Notes: generated from the letters alone by a model not told the origin. Shown: positions 16,178-27,930, counted from the stretch's first letter. The stretch: DNA of 64,000 nucleotides from Eledone cirrhosa (GCA_964016885.1 OZ024743.1:83080001-83144000); one strand, 5' to 3'. Made by a program: numbers and translations.

Positions 16178-18023
16178 TTGGCTTATACCACCATTACTGA
16201 ATTGGTATTTCAAAGAAGAGGTGGCATATTTTTCCTCGATGCTCCAGGGTTGACAGGAAAAACTTTCGTTACTAAACTTCTTCTTGCAAAGGTTAGACAG
16301 AATAAGGACATAGCAATAGCAGTTGCGTCCTCTGGAATCGCAGCAACTTTGCTCCCTGGTGGAAGGACGGCACATTCAGTTTTAAATTGCCTCTTGATTT
16401 GGCAAAATGGAAATTCATACTTGTCATATCACCAAAGACTCCGAAAGGGCTCATCTGCTGCGAAGGTGTCACCTTATTCTTTGGGATGAGTGCACAATTG
16501 CGCACAAAGGTGCTCTTGAGGCACTAGACAGGTCTTTGCAAGACATACGGGATTGCAGTGATGTTATGGGGGGTGTCATCCTTCTGCTATCAGGAAACTT
16601 CAGACAGACTCTTCCTATAATACCGAAAGGAACAAGAGCAGATGCGGTAAATGCATGTCTTAAGTCTTCACCATTGTGGCGACAAGTGACATCATTAAGA
16701 ATAACTACCAACATGCGTGCAAGGTTACATGGGGACCCTCTGTCATCAACATTTTCTGGAGTCATTCTTACAATAGTAGATGGTAACATACCACCGGATA
16801 CAGATGGACACATAGCAATTGATCACATCTGCAATGTAGTTGAAACTGTCGATGATCTCAAGGCGAGTGTATTCCCGAACTTGCGTGATAACTATACGAA
16901 TCTTGATTGGCTATGTGAAAGAGCCATTCTTGCACCCAAAAATATCACGGTTAGCTGTATTAACGATCAGCTTCTTCAGCTTCTTCCTGGATGTCTACGG
17001 ATATATAAATCTATTGATACTGTATGTGATCCACAGGATGCGGTCAATTATCCAGTTGAAATTCTAAATTCTTTAAATCCTCCTGGTTTACCTCCTAATA
17101 CATTGGTTCTGATAGAGGGAACGCCAGTTATTTTGCTGGGAAATATCACTCCTCCAAAACTATGCAAGTAAAAGAAGAACATTATTTGTCCCACACCTGT
17201 CAAAATAAGCAGAAGTCTTCAATAATTAATGCAAGCGAATATTTAGTGCAATCTTTTTACACATAAAACTATGTTGATAATGAAGGAAAACACTGAACAG
17301 GATGTAGTTATACAAATGATTAAAGACAATACACGTTGCAAATCTCTAAAATAAAAGGCAGTTTTGCTAAAGTACAAAAAGTTGTAATGAAAGCAGAGTT
17401 GTATACAAACAAACAAAAAACAATGAGAGTAGAATAAGAGAAAATCTATTCTTTGAGAGCATCCTTTGCTGTGTATGGTTAAATTTTGAACTTATAATCA
17501 TAAATATCCTGCATGACATATTCATTGGTATGTTTTGTAATGAGTAAGATGAAGTAAAGGCAGAACTGTAATAAGTTTTTTTGTTAACACTAAAGCAGAT
17601 ATTCTTGGGTTTTTTTTATGGAACAAACGCAAAGAGATTATCTCTACTGTGGATAATTCGGAACAAACGCAAAAAGATTATCACGCCTTGTGGTTAAAAA
17701 AACTGTCTCCACTTAGTATTGACGCTACCATTCTATCCGGATGTGGAAAAGACGGGGATGTGATAATAACAAAAATTAGCCAGGCGTGGATACTCCCTTC
17801 TCCTTTCGCTGAACCCAATTTCCCCTTCGTGTTGCCTTTGCGATGTCCATAAACAAGTCGCAAGGTCAAACTCTGTCCGTCACTGGAATTCACTTGGATG
17901 AACCTTGCTTTTCGCACGGACAATTCTACGTTGCCTGCTCACGAGTTGGCAGTAGAGATAATCTCTTTGCGTTTATTCCGAAAAAAAGACCCAAAGAATA
18001 TCGTCTATCCTGAAGTGCTTTAG
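16178..18023 (+). pseudogene. Helitron RepHel PIF1-like helicase C-terminal part, frameshifted and interrupted
   Basis: Motifs FFLDAPGLTGKTF, AVASSGIAATLLPGGRTAHS, ILWDECT, GNFRQTLP, RAILAPKN, PPKLC, then after an insertion LVVKKL...[41 protein letters not shown] (stop 18021-18023). Confidence 0.92.
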
Positions 18024-18360
18024 TGTTAACAAAAAAACTTATTACAGCTCTGCCTTGACTTCACCTTACTCATTACAAAACATACCAATGAATATGTCAT
18101 GCAGGATATTTTTGATTATAAGTTCAAAATTTAACCATACACAGCAAAGGATGCTCTCAAAGAATAGATTTTCTCTTATTCCACTCTCATTGTTTTTTTT
18201 TTGTTTGTATACAACTCTGCTTTCATTACAACTTTTTGTACTTTAGCAAAACTGCCTGTTTTTTTTAGAGATTTGCAAAGTGTATTGTCTTTAATCATTT
18301 GTATAACTACATCCTGCTTATTTTAACAGGTTGGGGACAAATAATGTTCTTCTTTTACTT
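17166..18360. repeat. Inverted repeat, arms 17166-17649 and 17950-18360
   Basis: 17166 AAGTAAAAGAAGAACATTATTTGTCCC is the reverse complement of sequence ending at 18360; the match continues to 17649/17950 with some substitutions and indels. Confidence 0.92.
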
Positions 18361-18654
18361 CCAAGCTGTATATTCTTAGCATAATTTCAAACGCCGGGTA
18401 ATTCTGCTAGTATATTATATCCATCATATTTATATTAATTATATTATATTTCGTTTCTGAATTTGTTTAGCAAGATTCTTTATCTGAAATCGTGTGTTGA
18501 AACCGATATTGTTATACTTTGGGAGGGTCATCTTGCCAATAAGAAACACACGCACCAGTTGCTTTCACTTCAATTTATTATAATAAATTTATAATAAATT
18601 TATAAATTTCTGGTTGGTTGGTTGGTTCCACAACCAGATAGTTGTTTATATATT

Positions 18655-18697
18655 GTCATAGTTCTTTCGTCACACACTCTGTGACCTCTTCAGTGAC
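18655..18697 (-). ncRNA. Minimal type I hammerhead ribozyme downstream of the PLE ORF
   Basis: Minus strand reads GTCA-CTGAAGA-G-GTCACA-GAGTG-TGTGAC-GAAAG-AA-CTA-TGAC: intact core boxes, stem I GTCA/TGAC, 6-bp stem II. Confidence 0.8.
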
Positions 18698-18892
18698 TGG
18701 GGATTCCTTTCTTTGTTTTTGTGCCTCTCCTTTGTTCTGTCCTACGCCATTTTGTTTCTGTGTGTGTGTGGTGTGCTCAGTCTGCGCATGCGCCACATCC
18801 GGGTGCCTGTGTGTGTTTATGTTCATTTATTTATTTGTTTATTTACATGTTACTGGTTGGTTGTTTGTTCTATGTGTGTTTTCATTTTGTCC

Positions 18893-19965
18893 TTAATTGT
18901 AGGCTGTGATGTTGCTGTTCCATTCATATTTTCTAGTTAATTCTGGTTGTAATTCTTTTATGTTTATTGCCTCTGTGATCTGTCTAAACATTGCGTCTTT
19001 TCTGTGTGTAGATTCTATTTTTATTTCTATGTTCTCTAATTTACCCTTGTGTTCTATTTTAGCATGTTGGTAGAGTACAGATGATTCTTTACTATCTTGA
19101 AGGTCTCACCAGTGTTCATTTATTCGTTCCCCTATACTACGAGCTGTCTCACCTATGTACACTATATTTTTGTCTCTACATTGTCCTTCAGTGCATCTTA
19201 TGCTATACACTACATTTCTAGTTTTACAGTTAATATGGGGGCTTATTTTACAGGTTATACATTTCTTATCTATACATGAGGGTCTTTGAAAAGGGTATGT
19301 CTTGCTAATAAGTGTTTTTACGGAGGTACCTGGTCTTTCTACTATCTTAATATTGAGTTTATGTTTATCTAGGGCCCTTCTAAATTTGTAAGCTAATTCA
19401 CCTCTAGGGGTTGTATCGATGAACATTACACTCTGGTATTTATTGCTATCATACCATGAGTTTATTCTATTAGCCTTGTTCCTAGTTCTTTCTATTCTAT
19501 TCCAAAATTTGCTCCTATACAAGGGGCAGGTCCCATTTATGTCATTATTTACCATTTTTTCCCATTTGGTTCTGGCTCCTCTATACACTCTGATTTTATC
19601 TCTCTGATTGTAGCCAGAGAACTGCATACGGTGGATGAAGTGTTCTATGTGTCTCTCTAGTTCTTCGGGGTTGCACATGCGGGACACGTTTCTCATCACC
19701 CGTACCAAATCCGCAATCAGTATGTTGATTTTGGTATGGTCCGAAACGGCCGAGTTTCGGTGGATCAGATGTTTGGAAGTCATGGGTTTGGCATAATGGG
19801 AATGGAGGATTTGTTTTTTGTTATTAATGGTATCTAACCAGAGCTCTGTGTCTAGTACAGGTAATCGATGGTTGGGGTGTTTACTTGGGTAGTCTATAGT
19901 AACTCTAATAGTCTATAGTAACTCTGGTGGATGGAGTTAGCTATTTGCTGGATGCTTTCCATTGT
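18893..19965 (-). pseudogene. 5'-truncated Penelope-like element ORF (RT C-terminus/thumb, Cys-rich linker, GIY-YIG endonuclease)
   Basis: VTIDYPSKHPNHRLPVLDTELW..HYAKPMTSK, MQFSGY, CIDKKCITC..NCKTRNVVYSIRC..YIGETARSIGERINEH; after a frameshift LYQHA..RQITEAINI..KYEWN. Confidence 0.88.
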
Positions 19966-20697
19966 TTCTCTAGTTTCCATTGCTTTCTCTAGTTCCTGAC
20001 TGTTCTCTATTATTATAATATATTATATTATATTAATTATATTATATTATATTATATTATATTAATTATATTAATTATATTATTTATATTAATTATATTA
20101 TATTATATTAAAGTAAAGTACCAGTAATGTACTGGGATAATTACTGGCCTTGTGCCAAATGTAGAAACAATTATATTATATCATATAATATTATATTATA
20201 TTATATTATAATATATTATATTAATTATATTATATTATATTACATTATATTAATTATATTAATTATATTATATTATATTATATTATATTATATTAATTAT
20301 ATTAATTATATTATATTATATTATATTATATTACATTATATTAATTATATTAATTATATTTTATTATATTATATTGTAATAATTATATTAATTATATTAT
20401 ATTATATTATATTAATTATATTAAATATATTAATTATATTAATTACATTAATTATATTATATTATATTATAATATATTAATTAAATTAATTATATTAATT
20501 ATATTAATTATATTAATTATATTATATTTTATTATATTATATTATATCAATTATATTAATTATATTATTTATATTATATTATATTATATTAATTATATTT
20601 ATTATATTATATTATATTAATTATATTATATTAATTACATTAATTATATTAATTATATCATATATTATATTATATTATATTATATTATATTATATTA

Positions 20698-20887
20698 GGG
20701 CGGTGAATTGGCAGTATCAGTAAGGGGTCGGACGCTATGGTTTGACGCATAGAGTTACGGCCCTTGCCATTCTGAGTTCAAATCCCGCCGAGGTTAAGTT
20801 TGCCTTTCATCCTTACGGACTCGATAAAATAAAGTACCAATAATGTACTTGGTATTTGCTGGCCTTGTGCCAATAGTAGAAACAATT
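20698..20887 (+). mobile_element. tRNA-derived SINE family A, full copy
   Basis: A-box-like TGGCAGTATCAGT, B-box GAGTTCAAATCC, core GCCTTTCATCCTT..TCGATAAAATAAAGTACC, AT-rich tail. Confidence 0.85.
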
Positions 20888-20912
20888 ATATTATATTATA
20901 TTATATCATATA

Positions 20913-21183
20913 ATCATCATCATCATCATCATCGTTTAACGTCCATCTTCCACACTGCATGGGTTTGGACGGGAATTTTTCCACTTGAGGCAAGATTGGT
21001 TGTCTTGCTCGTATAGGACTGTCTGGCGGGTTTTCTACGGCTGCATGCCCTTCCTAACACCAACCACGTTTACAGTGTGGACTGGGAGGTTTTTACCGTG
21101 TTACCTACACGGCCCCATTACAGCGTGGACTGTGTGTTTTTTTTGTCGTGACACCTACACGACCTCATTTATTTCGGACTGGA
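20913..21183 (-). mobile_element. RTE LINE 3' UTR fragment with (GAT)n tail
   Basis: Matches the 3' UTR of the RTE at 60496-61814 (GTTAGGAAGGGCAT..GCCGTAGAAAACCCGCCAGAC); (CAT)n run at the left end. Confidence 0.85.
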
Positions 21184-21196
21184 TATTATATTATAT

Positions 21197-21383
21197 TGGT
21201 GGATTGGCAGTATCGGTAGAGGGTCGAACGCCATGATTTGACGCATAGAGTTACGGCCCTTGCCCTTCTGAGTTCAAATCCCGTCGAGGTTGACTTTGCC
21301 TTTCATCCTTACGGGGTCGATAAAATAATGTACCAGTAATGCACTGGTTAATTGCTGGCCTTGTGCCAATAGTATAAACAATT
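21197..21383 (+). mobile_element. SINE family A copy
   Basis: Same A box, B box and core as 20698. Confidence 0.85.
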
Positions 21384-21532
21384 AATTATATTAATTATAT
21401 TAATTATATCATATTATATTATATCATATCATATCATATTATATTATATTATATTATATTAATTATATTAATTATATTAATTATATTATATTAATTATAT
21501 TATATTATATTATGTTATATTATATTAATTAT

Positions 21533-21707
21533 AGGCAGTATAGGTAGAGAGTTGGACGCCATGCTTTCCAGCATAGTTACGTCCCTTTACGATCTGAGTT
21601 CAAATCCCGCCGAGGTTTACTGCCTTTCATCCTTACAAGGTCGATAAAATAAAGTACCAGTAATGTACTGAAAAATTGCTGGCCTTGTGCCAAATGTAGA
21701 AACAATT
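21533..21707 (+). mobile_element. SINE family A copy
   Basis: Same B box and core as 20698. Confidence 0.85.
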
Positions 21708-22107
21708 ATGTTAATTATATTATATTATATTATATTATATGGTATTATATTATATTATATTATATTAATTATATTAATTATAATAATTATATTAATTATA
21801 TTATATTATATTATATTAATTAGGTTAATTATATTATATTATTTTATATTATATTAATTATATTAATTATATTATATTATATTAATTAGGTTAATTATAT
21901 TATATTATTTTATATTATATTTATTATATTATATTAAATTAAATTATATTATATTATATTAATTATTATATTATATGATTTTAATTATATTATATTATAT
22001 TATATTATATTATATTAATTATATTAATTATATTATAATCTATTATATTATAATATAATATATTAATTATATTAATTATATTAATTATATTAATTAAATT
22101 TTATTAT

Positions 22108-22294
22108 CGGTGGATTGGCAGTATCAGTAGAGGGTCAGACGCCATGCTTTGACGCAAAGAGTTACATCCCTTTCCGATCTGAGTTCAAATCCCCCCGAGG
22201 TTGACTTTGCCTTTCATCCTTACGGGGTCGATAAAATAAAGTACCAGTAATGTACTGGGTAATTGCTGCCCTTGTGCCACAAGTAGAAACAATT
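22108..22294 (+). mobile_element. SINE family A copy
   Basis: Same A box, B box and core as 20698. Confidence 0.85.
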
Positions 22295-22647
22295 ATATTA
22301 TATTATATTAATTATATTATATGATATTATATTAATTATATTTATTATATTATATTATATTATATTATATTATATTATATTATATTATAATATATTATAA
22401 TATATTATATTATAGGGAAGTTCCCATCCCACTAGCTATAAGGACAGCAGCCCCACCACACCGAGCCCATGGTAAACCACCCCCTGCACAATCACCACCC
22501 CTACCCCTGTGACAACACATACTTATGCATATGTCCATACATAGCTACTGTTATTTAAGATTGTATATGCACAGATACTTACATGTGTGTGTGTGTGTCT
22601 GTGTGTGTGTGTGTATGTGTGTGTGGGTGTGGCGGTGTGGGTTTATA

Positions 22648-22679
<32 letters not shown>

Positions 22680-23524
22680 ATAGGAGATGCACCTGGGCCT
22701 GTGCGTGTGTGCTTGGAACAATGTGAGTTGACATACACGCATATGTACTCTATGCCGAAATAGGAACTGTAGTCCTCTGTATTTCCGGATTTTAACACTC
22801 GGGTTCTGGTGTTTTACACTCCACCCTTTTCTCATTTGCTCTTAAAACGGACCACCCCATGATAGTGTAAAGATTGTAATCCTTTGCACTTCTCGATTCT
22901 GACACACAGCCTTTCTACTTCGGTCAATATTTTCCAAATCTTTCAAACTTTGAGATTGGTTATAACACACACGCATTTTATTTTATTCTTTTATTATCTT
23001 ATTCTTTTTATTATTTTATTCCTTTTTTTTGTTTATTTTTTTTTTCTTCATTTTATTGCCTTATATTCTTTTATTTCTCCATTTTACTTTATCTTATTTC
23101 TTCATCTATTTGGCACCCACTTCCCACCCCACCACCACGGGGAAATGGTGGCAGAATAGATGCGAACCCACACACACAAATTCTTCAAAACATAGCAGCA
23201 GCCGAACTAAAGCTGACCTGACTACTGACTCCCTAACACCACTACCAACACAAGGGAGGAGGTCACCTGTACTTAACAAAAACAGCCACAACAGATTGCC
23301 TTGCCTCAGAAACATTTCTATAGAGTTTTGACTGAGGAATGTTCTCACAACTGACCAATGGGAGGAGAGAATGTCCTTTGACGCCGAAATTCGTTTGTTC
23401 GAATTCATATGATTCCAGTTCCTCAGAGAAATAACAACCCAACCAGGAACTGGGCATATTGGAGTATTGACGGAGTTAAACACTTCAACAACATGTGTAC
23501 CTGTCTCTACCACACCAATTCGGA

Positions 23525-23577
23525 CTGTCTGAAGAGGTCACAGCCAATGATGGCTGTCACCAAAATATATATAGCAG
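23525..23577 (+). ncRNA. Degenerate hammerhead ribozyme (GAAA mutated to AAAA)
   Basis: CTGT-CTGAAGA-GGTCACAGCCA-ATGA-TGGCTGTCACC-AAAA-TATATA-TA-GCAG. Confidence 0.5.
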
Positions 23578-23805
23578 CACACCTTTAATAAACAAAGCCA
23601 AATTTTAAATATTTGACTTAATTATTTTATTTTACATTACTCTGGAGTAACCAAACCAACCTGCATACTTCGTCGAGTGCTCCAATCTGCATACTGAGGT
23701 GTCGGTAAACAACCAACATATACTAAAAAAAAAATTTATATATATATATAAATGTAAGTATGTATGTATACGTACATACATATATGTATACAGACGTACA
23801 GTAGC

Positions 23806-23848
<43 letters not shown>

Positions 23849-23998
23849 CAGGCACACATATATATATGCACGTATCAGTTTACCGAACATTTATTATAAT
23901 GTTCGCTTTGTTCGTTTGTAAACAAACGAACAGCCTGATTTACGCCGTACAGTGTTTAGGCAACCACGTCACCTTTTTGTTCAACACTGACACAGGAA

Positions 23999-24039
23999 CG
24001 ATGTACTAGTTTCAAACTTGTTAGCTATCGTCAGCACCG
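23999..24039 (-). ncRNA. Minimal hammerhead ribozyme (inverted copy)
   Basis: Minus strand reads CGGTG-CTGACGA-TAGCTAACAAGTTT-GAAAC-TA-GTA-CATCG. Confidence 0.75.
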
Positions 24040-24204
24040 TATACCTTTCTGCCAGATGGTTGAACGTCCGAAAGTATATACTTTCCTTATGAAAATTAAC
24101 GGCTAAGCAGCCTAATTTGCTGTTCGTTTGTTTACAAACGAACAAAGCGAACATTATAATAAATGTTCGGTAAACTGATACGTGCATATATATATGTGTG
24201 CCTG

Positions 24205-24286
<82 letters not shown>

Positions 24287-24520
24287 TGCTACTGTACGTC
24301 TGTATACATATATGTATGTACGTATACATACATACTTACATTTAGTAAGTGCCGTACTAAGAGTGAGAAATGAAATTTCGTTTCATTCTATTCCATTTAT
24401 CGTTTTCGGTGCGCCTGGCCGACTGAACTCACTCGATATGCAAATTAGGCTGCTCAGCCGTTAATTTTCATAAGGAAAGTATATACTTTCGGACGTTCAA
24501 CCATCTGGCAGAAAGGTATT

Positions 24521-24561
24521 CGGTGCTGACGATAGCTAACAAGCTTGAAACTAGTACATCG
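24521..24561 (+). ncRNA. Minimal hammerhead ribozyme
   Basis: CGGTG-CTGACGA-T-AGC-TAACAA-GCT-T-GAAAC-TA-GTA-CATCG; palindromic stem III ACTAGT, GUA cleavage triplet. Confidence 0.82.
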
Positions 24562-24708
24562 TTCCTGTGTCAATGTTGAATAAAAAGGTGACGTGGTTGC
24601 CTAAACACTGTACGGCGTAAATCAGGCTGTTCGTTTGTTTACAAACGAACAAAGCGAACATTATAATAAATGTTCGGTAAACTGATACGTGCATATATAT
24701 ATGTGTGC

Positions 24709-24751
<43 letters not shown>

Positions 24752-24832
24752 TGCTACTGTACGTCTGTATACATATATGTTATGTACATATACATACTTA
24801 CATTTAAGTAAGTGCCGTACTAAGTGCCGTAC

Positions 24833-26126
24833 TATGGTTGGTGCTGAGTCTTGGGTGTTTCTTTTTCGTGAGATCTTTCACAATTTGAAAGGCACTTTTG
24901 CTGTTGCTCCTGTTCAGGCACTCTTCCATCTCAGTGGGCTGCTTCTCTATCCATTCTGCTTTGGCCTTCCTAATCCCTTTCCTGATCTCTCTGTATGCTG
25001 ATACTCCAGTTGTTTTAAGCTTGGATGCTTTTAGTTCTCTTCTTGTATTACACAATTTAAGAACTTCTGTGACCCAAGGTTGAGATTTCCTGTGGCTTTT
25101 CCCTAAGACATCGTTTGCTTACTGTGTTGAACTTAGCTGTCATTGTTTCAACCCCCTCTTCAAGCGCAAACAGAGCTGCAAATTTTCCACCAACAGTTAT
25201 TGTAAGGATTCAGCAATGGTGGGGTTCTTCAGCCTGTCCAAGTTGAACTTCAGTCTGGTGTTCTTGCGCTTCTTGATCTTCTTTAGTCTAACTCTGAAGT
25301 TCAGCAGCACCAAATCATGGTCACTCCCTATAGTCACGCACCTGGAAAAGTTCTTGTTTTGGCCTGCCGATTCCAGACCAAAACTGGTTCTTCACCATAA
25401 TGTTCTATCTGGTGGTGTGTACCGTAGGGGCAGTGTCAAGTCGAGCACCTCGATGCTTTATGCTTACCAAGGGTGTTAGCCAGCACCATGTCATTACAAC
25501 TGGCAAATTCAAGCAGGTGAAGTTCTCGCCAGTCTTTCACCCTATCCTCACCCACTTTGACATTCAAATCTCCCTGTACAAGAAGGATATCTTTCCAATC
25601 AACCTTGTCAATGTCGTTCTGAAGTTCGATGTATAACTCCTCCACCTGTTCGTCTTCATAGTCAGATGTTGGTGCACAGGCCTGTACTACTGTGATGTTA
25701 AATGGTGCCATTCAAAGGTGGATGCTGATGAGTCTGTGCAATATTGAGCAGCATTCGAGTACAGCGTTTTTTATGCTCTTATTAACAAGAAAAACCACAC
25801 CTTGTACATGTTTGTCAGGTTCTCCACTGAATTAGAGTGTATGACCTTCATTAGTAAGGTGTTCAACATAATATTTCTATCTGACTTCACAGAGTCCCAC
25901 ATTGTGCCAGCTGTATCTCCTCATTTCATGAGTGAGTTCCTGCAGTTTGCCGTGTTGGGCAAGTGTTCTCACGTTCCAAGTGGCAATTGTGATGTTCTCC
26001 TTCATGCGCATCCTTTTCGATACATTTCCAGTTGTATATTTAGCACCTCCTCCCTGGTGTACGACGGATGGCACGGTCCTTGTTAGCCTGGGCGACGACC
26101 GAGCCAGTATTGTCATTGGTGATTCC
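24833..26126 (-). mobile_element. RTE-clade LINE, inverted 5' part (APE endonuclease), degenerate
   Basis: ITIATWNVRTL, GLCEVR, NITVVQACAPTSDYEDEQVEELY, VQGDLNVKVG, YREIRKGIRKAKAEWIE..KDLTKKKHPRLST. Confidence 0.9.
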
Positions 26127-27772
26127 TAAGACAAGCAGGAAAATGCCTCACGGAGGAAAACGACATTGCCAGGAGATGAACAGAATACTGCTCAAAGCTG
26201 TACAGCCATCAGATCCATGGAGACCCCAGGGTACTTATCAGTCAAGAAGTGTCAAACAGGGATGACTTCCCTGTCCTGTGCAAAGAAGTGGAGACGGCAA
26301 TTAAATCACTGAAAACTGGAGAAACAGCTGGTACAGAAAACATTCCAGCAGAACTGATAACACATGGAGGAGAGGCTGTGACTGAAGTTCTTACCAAAAT
26401 CTGTAACAAGATCTGGCAGACTGGAGAGTGGCCATTACCGTGGACTCAGTCACTCATTATCACACTCCTCAAGAAGGACAATCTACAACACTGCCAAAAT
26501 TATAGAACCATCAGCCTTGTCAGCCACACAAGCAAAGTGATGTTGAAAGTTATTCTGAAGAGGCTTAAGTCACAGGCTGAGAAAATCATTGCGGAGGAGC
26601 AGCACAGAGCAAATTTTCAATCTGAGAGTTCTGTGTGAGAAGTATAGCCAACACCAACGGGATCTGTCCCAAGGGTTTGTTGACTTCAAGAAAGCCTTTG
26701 ACAGGATATGGCATGACACATTGTGGGCAACCATGAAGAAATATAACATTGGCCAAAAGATCATCCACATGATACAACAGCTGTGTGTGAAAGCCTCAAG
26801 TGTGGTACTGGTCCAAGGCATGATGGGGGATTGGTTCTACACGTCAGTAGAAGTCCGGCAGGGCTGTCTCCTCTCCCTGACACTGTTCAACATCTTCCTT
26901 GAACGAATCATGACAGTCGCCCTAGAGGGCAATCCTGGCTCAGTGTAGGACAAACTGTCACAAACCTCAGGTTCACTGATGACATTGATGGCTTAGCTGG
27001 TAGTGAAGAAGAACTCTCTAAGCTGGTGAACCACCTGGATATAACCTCTACTAGATACAGCATGGAAATCAGTGCTGAGAAAACCAAGCTGATGACAAAG
27101 TCCTCAAAGTCAATAGAAAAAAAGATCACAGTCAATGATCAAGAGATGAAGACTGTGATACAGTTCAAAGTACGTTGGTGCCATCAACAGTGATGAGGGA
27201 TCAAAGCCAGGGCTCCTTGCAAGGAGTGCACTAACAACCACAGCACTTGCTAAACTGAAACCACCCTGGAGAGATAAAAACATCACTCTCAAGTACAAAA
27301 TAAAATTACTGTGTGTGTTGGTCATGTTCATTTTCCTATACGCATATGAGTCATGGACCCTAACTGTGGAACTGTTAAGGAAGATCCAAGCAGGGGTGAT
27401 GAGATGCTTTTGGAGAATCCTGGGAATTTCCTACACAGAGAAGATCCTGAACGAGAAAGTCCGCAAAAGAATCATCCAGCATGTGAGCGACTTTGAAGAT
27501 CTGCTGCCCACGGTGAAGAGGAGGAAGCTGAGGTGGTATGGACATGTAACAAGATCAGACTCGCAACGATGTTTCTCCAAGGAACAGTGCGGGGGAAGAG
27601 AAAGTGAGGCAGACAGAGGAAGTGGTGGACTGATAACATAGTTGAGTGGACAGGAAAGAACTTTTCCACAATACCGGCCCATGACTGTCAGAGATGGAAG
27701 CAGTTGGTGCAATGTTCAACAGTACAGTGCCCCAACAACTGTAAAGGGTTAGGGGACCATGATGATGATGAT
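26127..27772 (+). mobile_element. RTE-clade LINE, 3' part (RT) with (GAT)n tail, degenerate
   Basis: AGKCLTEE..EYC, CQNYRTISLVSHTSKVM, FVDFKKAFDRIWH, VRQGCLLS, RFTDDID, YAYESWTL, RKLRWYGHV; GATGATGATGAT tail at about 27760. Confidence 0.92.
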
Positions 27773-27782
27773 ATATATATAC

Positions 27783-27930
27783 ATATGAAAAATTCGGGAC
27801 CCTGACAGCTGAGCTCCTTCTCAGATATAGCTGTTGAAACGACAGGAGCTCAGCTGTCGGGATCCTGAATTTTTCATATTACCTACTCAACTACCCCAAG
27901 TATTAAGTACTCTGGTGAGAAATGGTCTAA
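27783..27930 (+). repeat. Hairpin repeat (36-bp arms) plus conserved tail; same family as 52702
   Basis: Arms 27783-27818 and 27844-27879, followed by TACCTACTCAACTACCCCAAGTATTAAGTACTCTG. Confidence 0.75.

Larger units (their letters stand above)
15730..18410 (+). mobile_element. Internally deleted Helitron
   Basis: 5' end A|TCTTCTATCTTCTATATATATAAAA; 3' end ACGCCGGGTAATTCTGCTAG|T (CTAG at 18407-18410). Inserted between A and T with no TSD. Contains PIF1-type helicase remnants but no recognisable Rep domain. Confidence 0.85.
19990..22412. repeat. (ATATT)n microsatellite tract interleaved with SINE copies
   Basis: Direct reading. Confidence 0.9.
23750..24835. mobile_element. Non-coding HHR-bearing element: one inverted copy (23750-24120) and two tandem copies (24119-24365 partial, 24365-24835)
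   Basis: 24439-24805 is the reverse complement of 23750-24120; 24119-24345 duplicates 24626-24805; contains HHRs. Confidence 0.8.

Noticed and set aside
18449-18590. HHR at GTTGAAACCGATATTG
   Set aside because: Only the GAAA half is present, with no CUGANGA box upstream; probably a truncated repeat tail.
20698-22294. tRNA genes
   Set aside because: A and B boxes are present, but there is no cloverleaf and they continue into a SINE core and tail; the same applies to 59383 and 63850.
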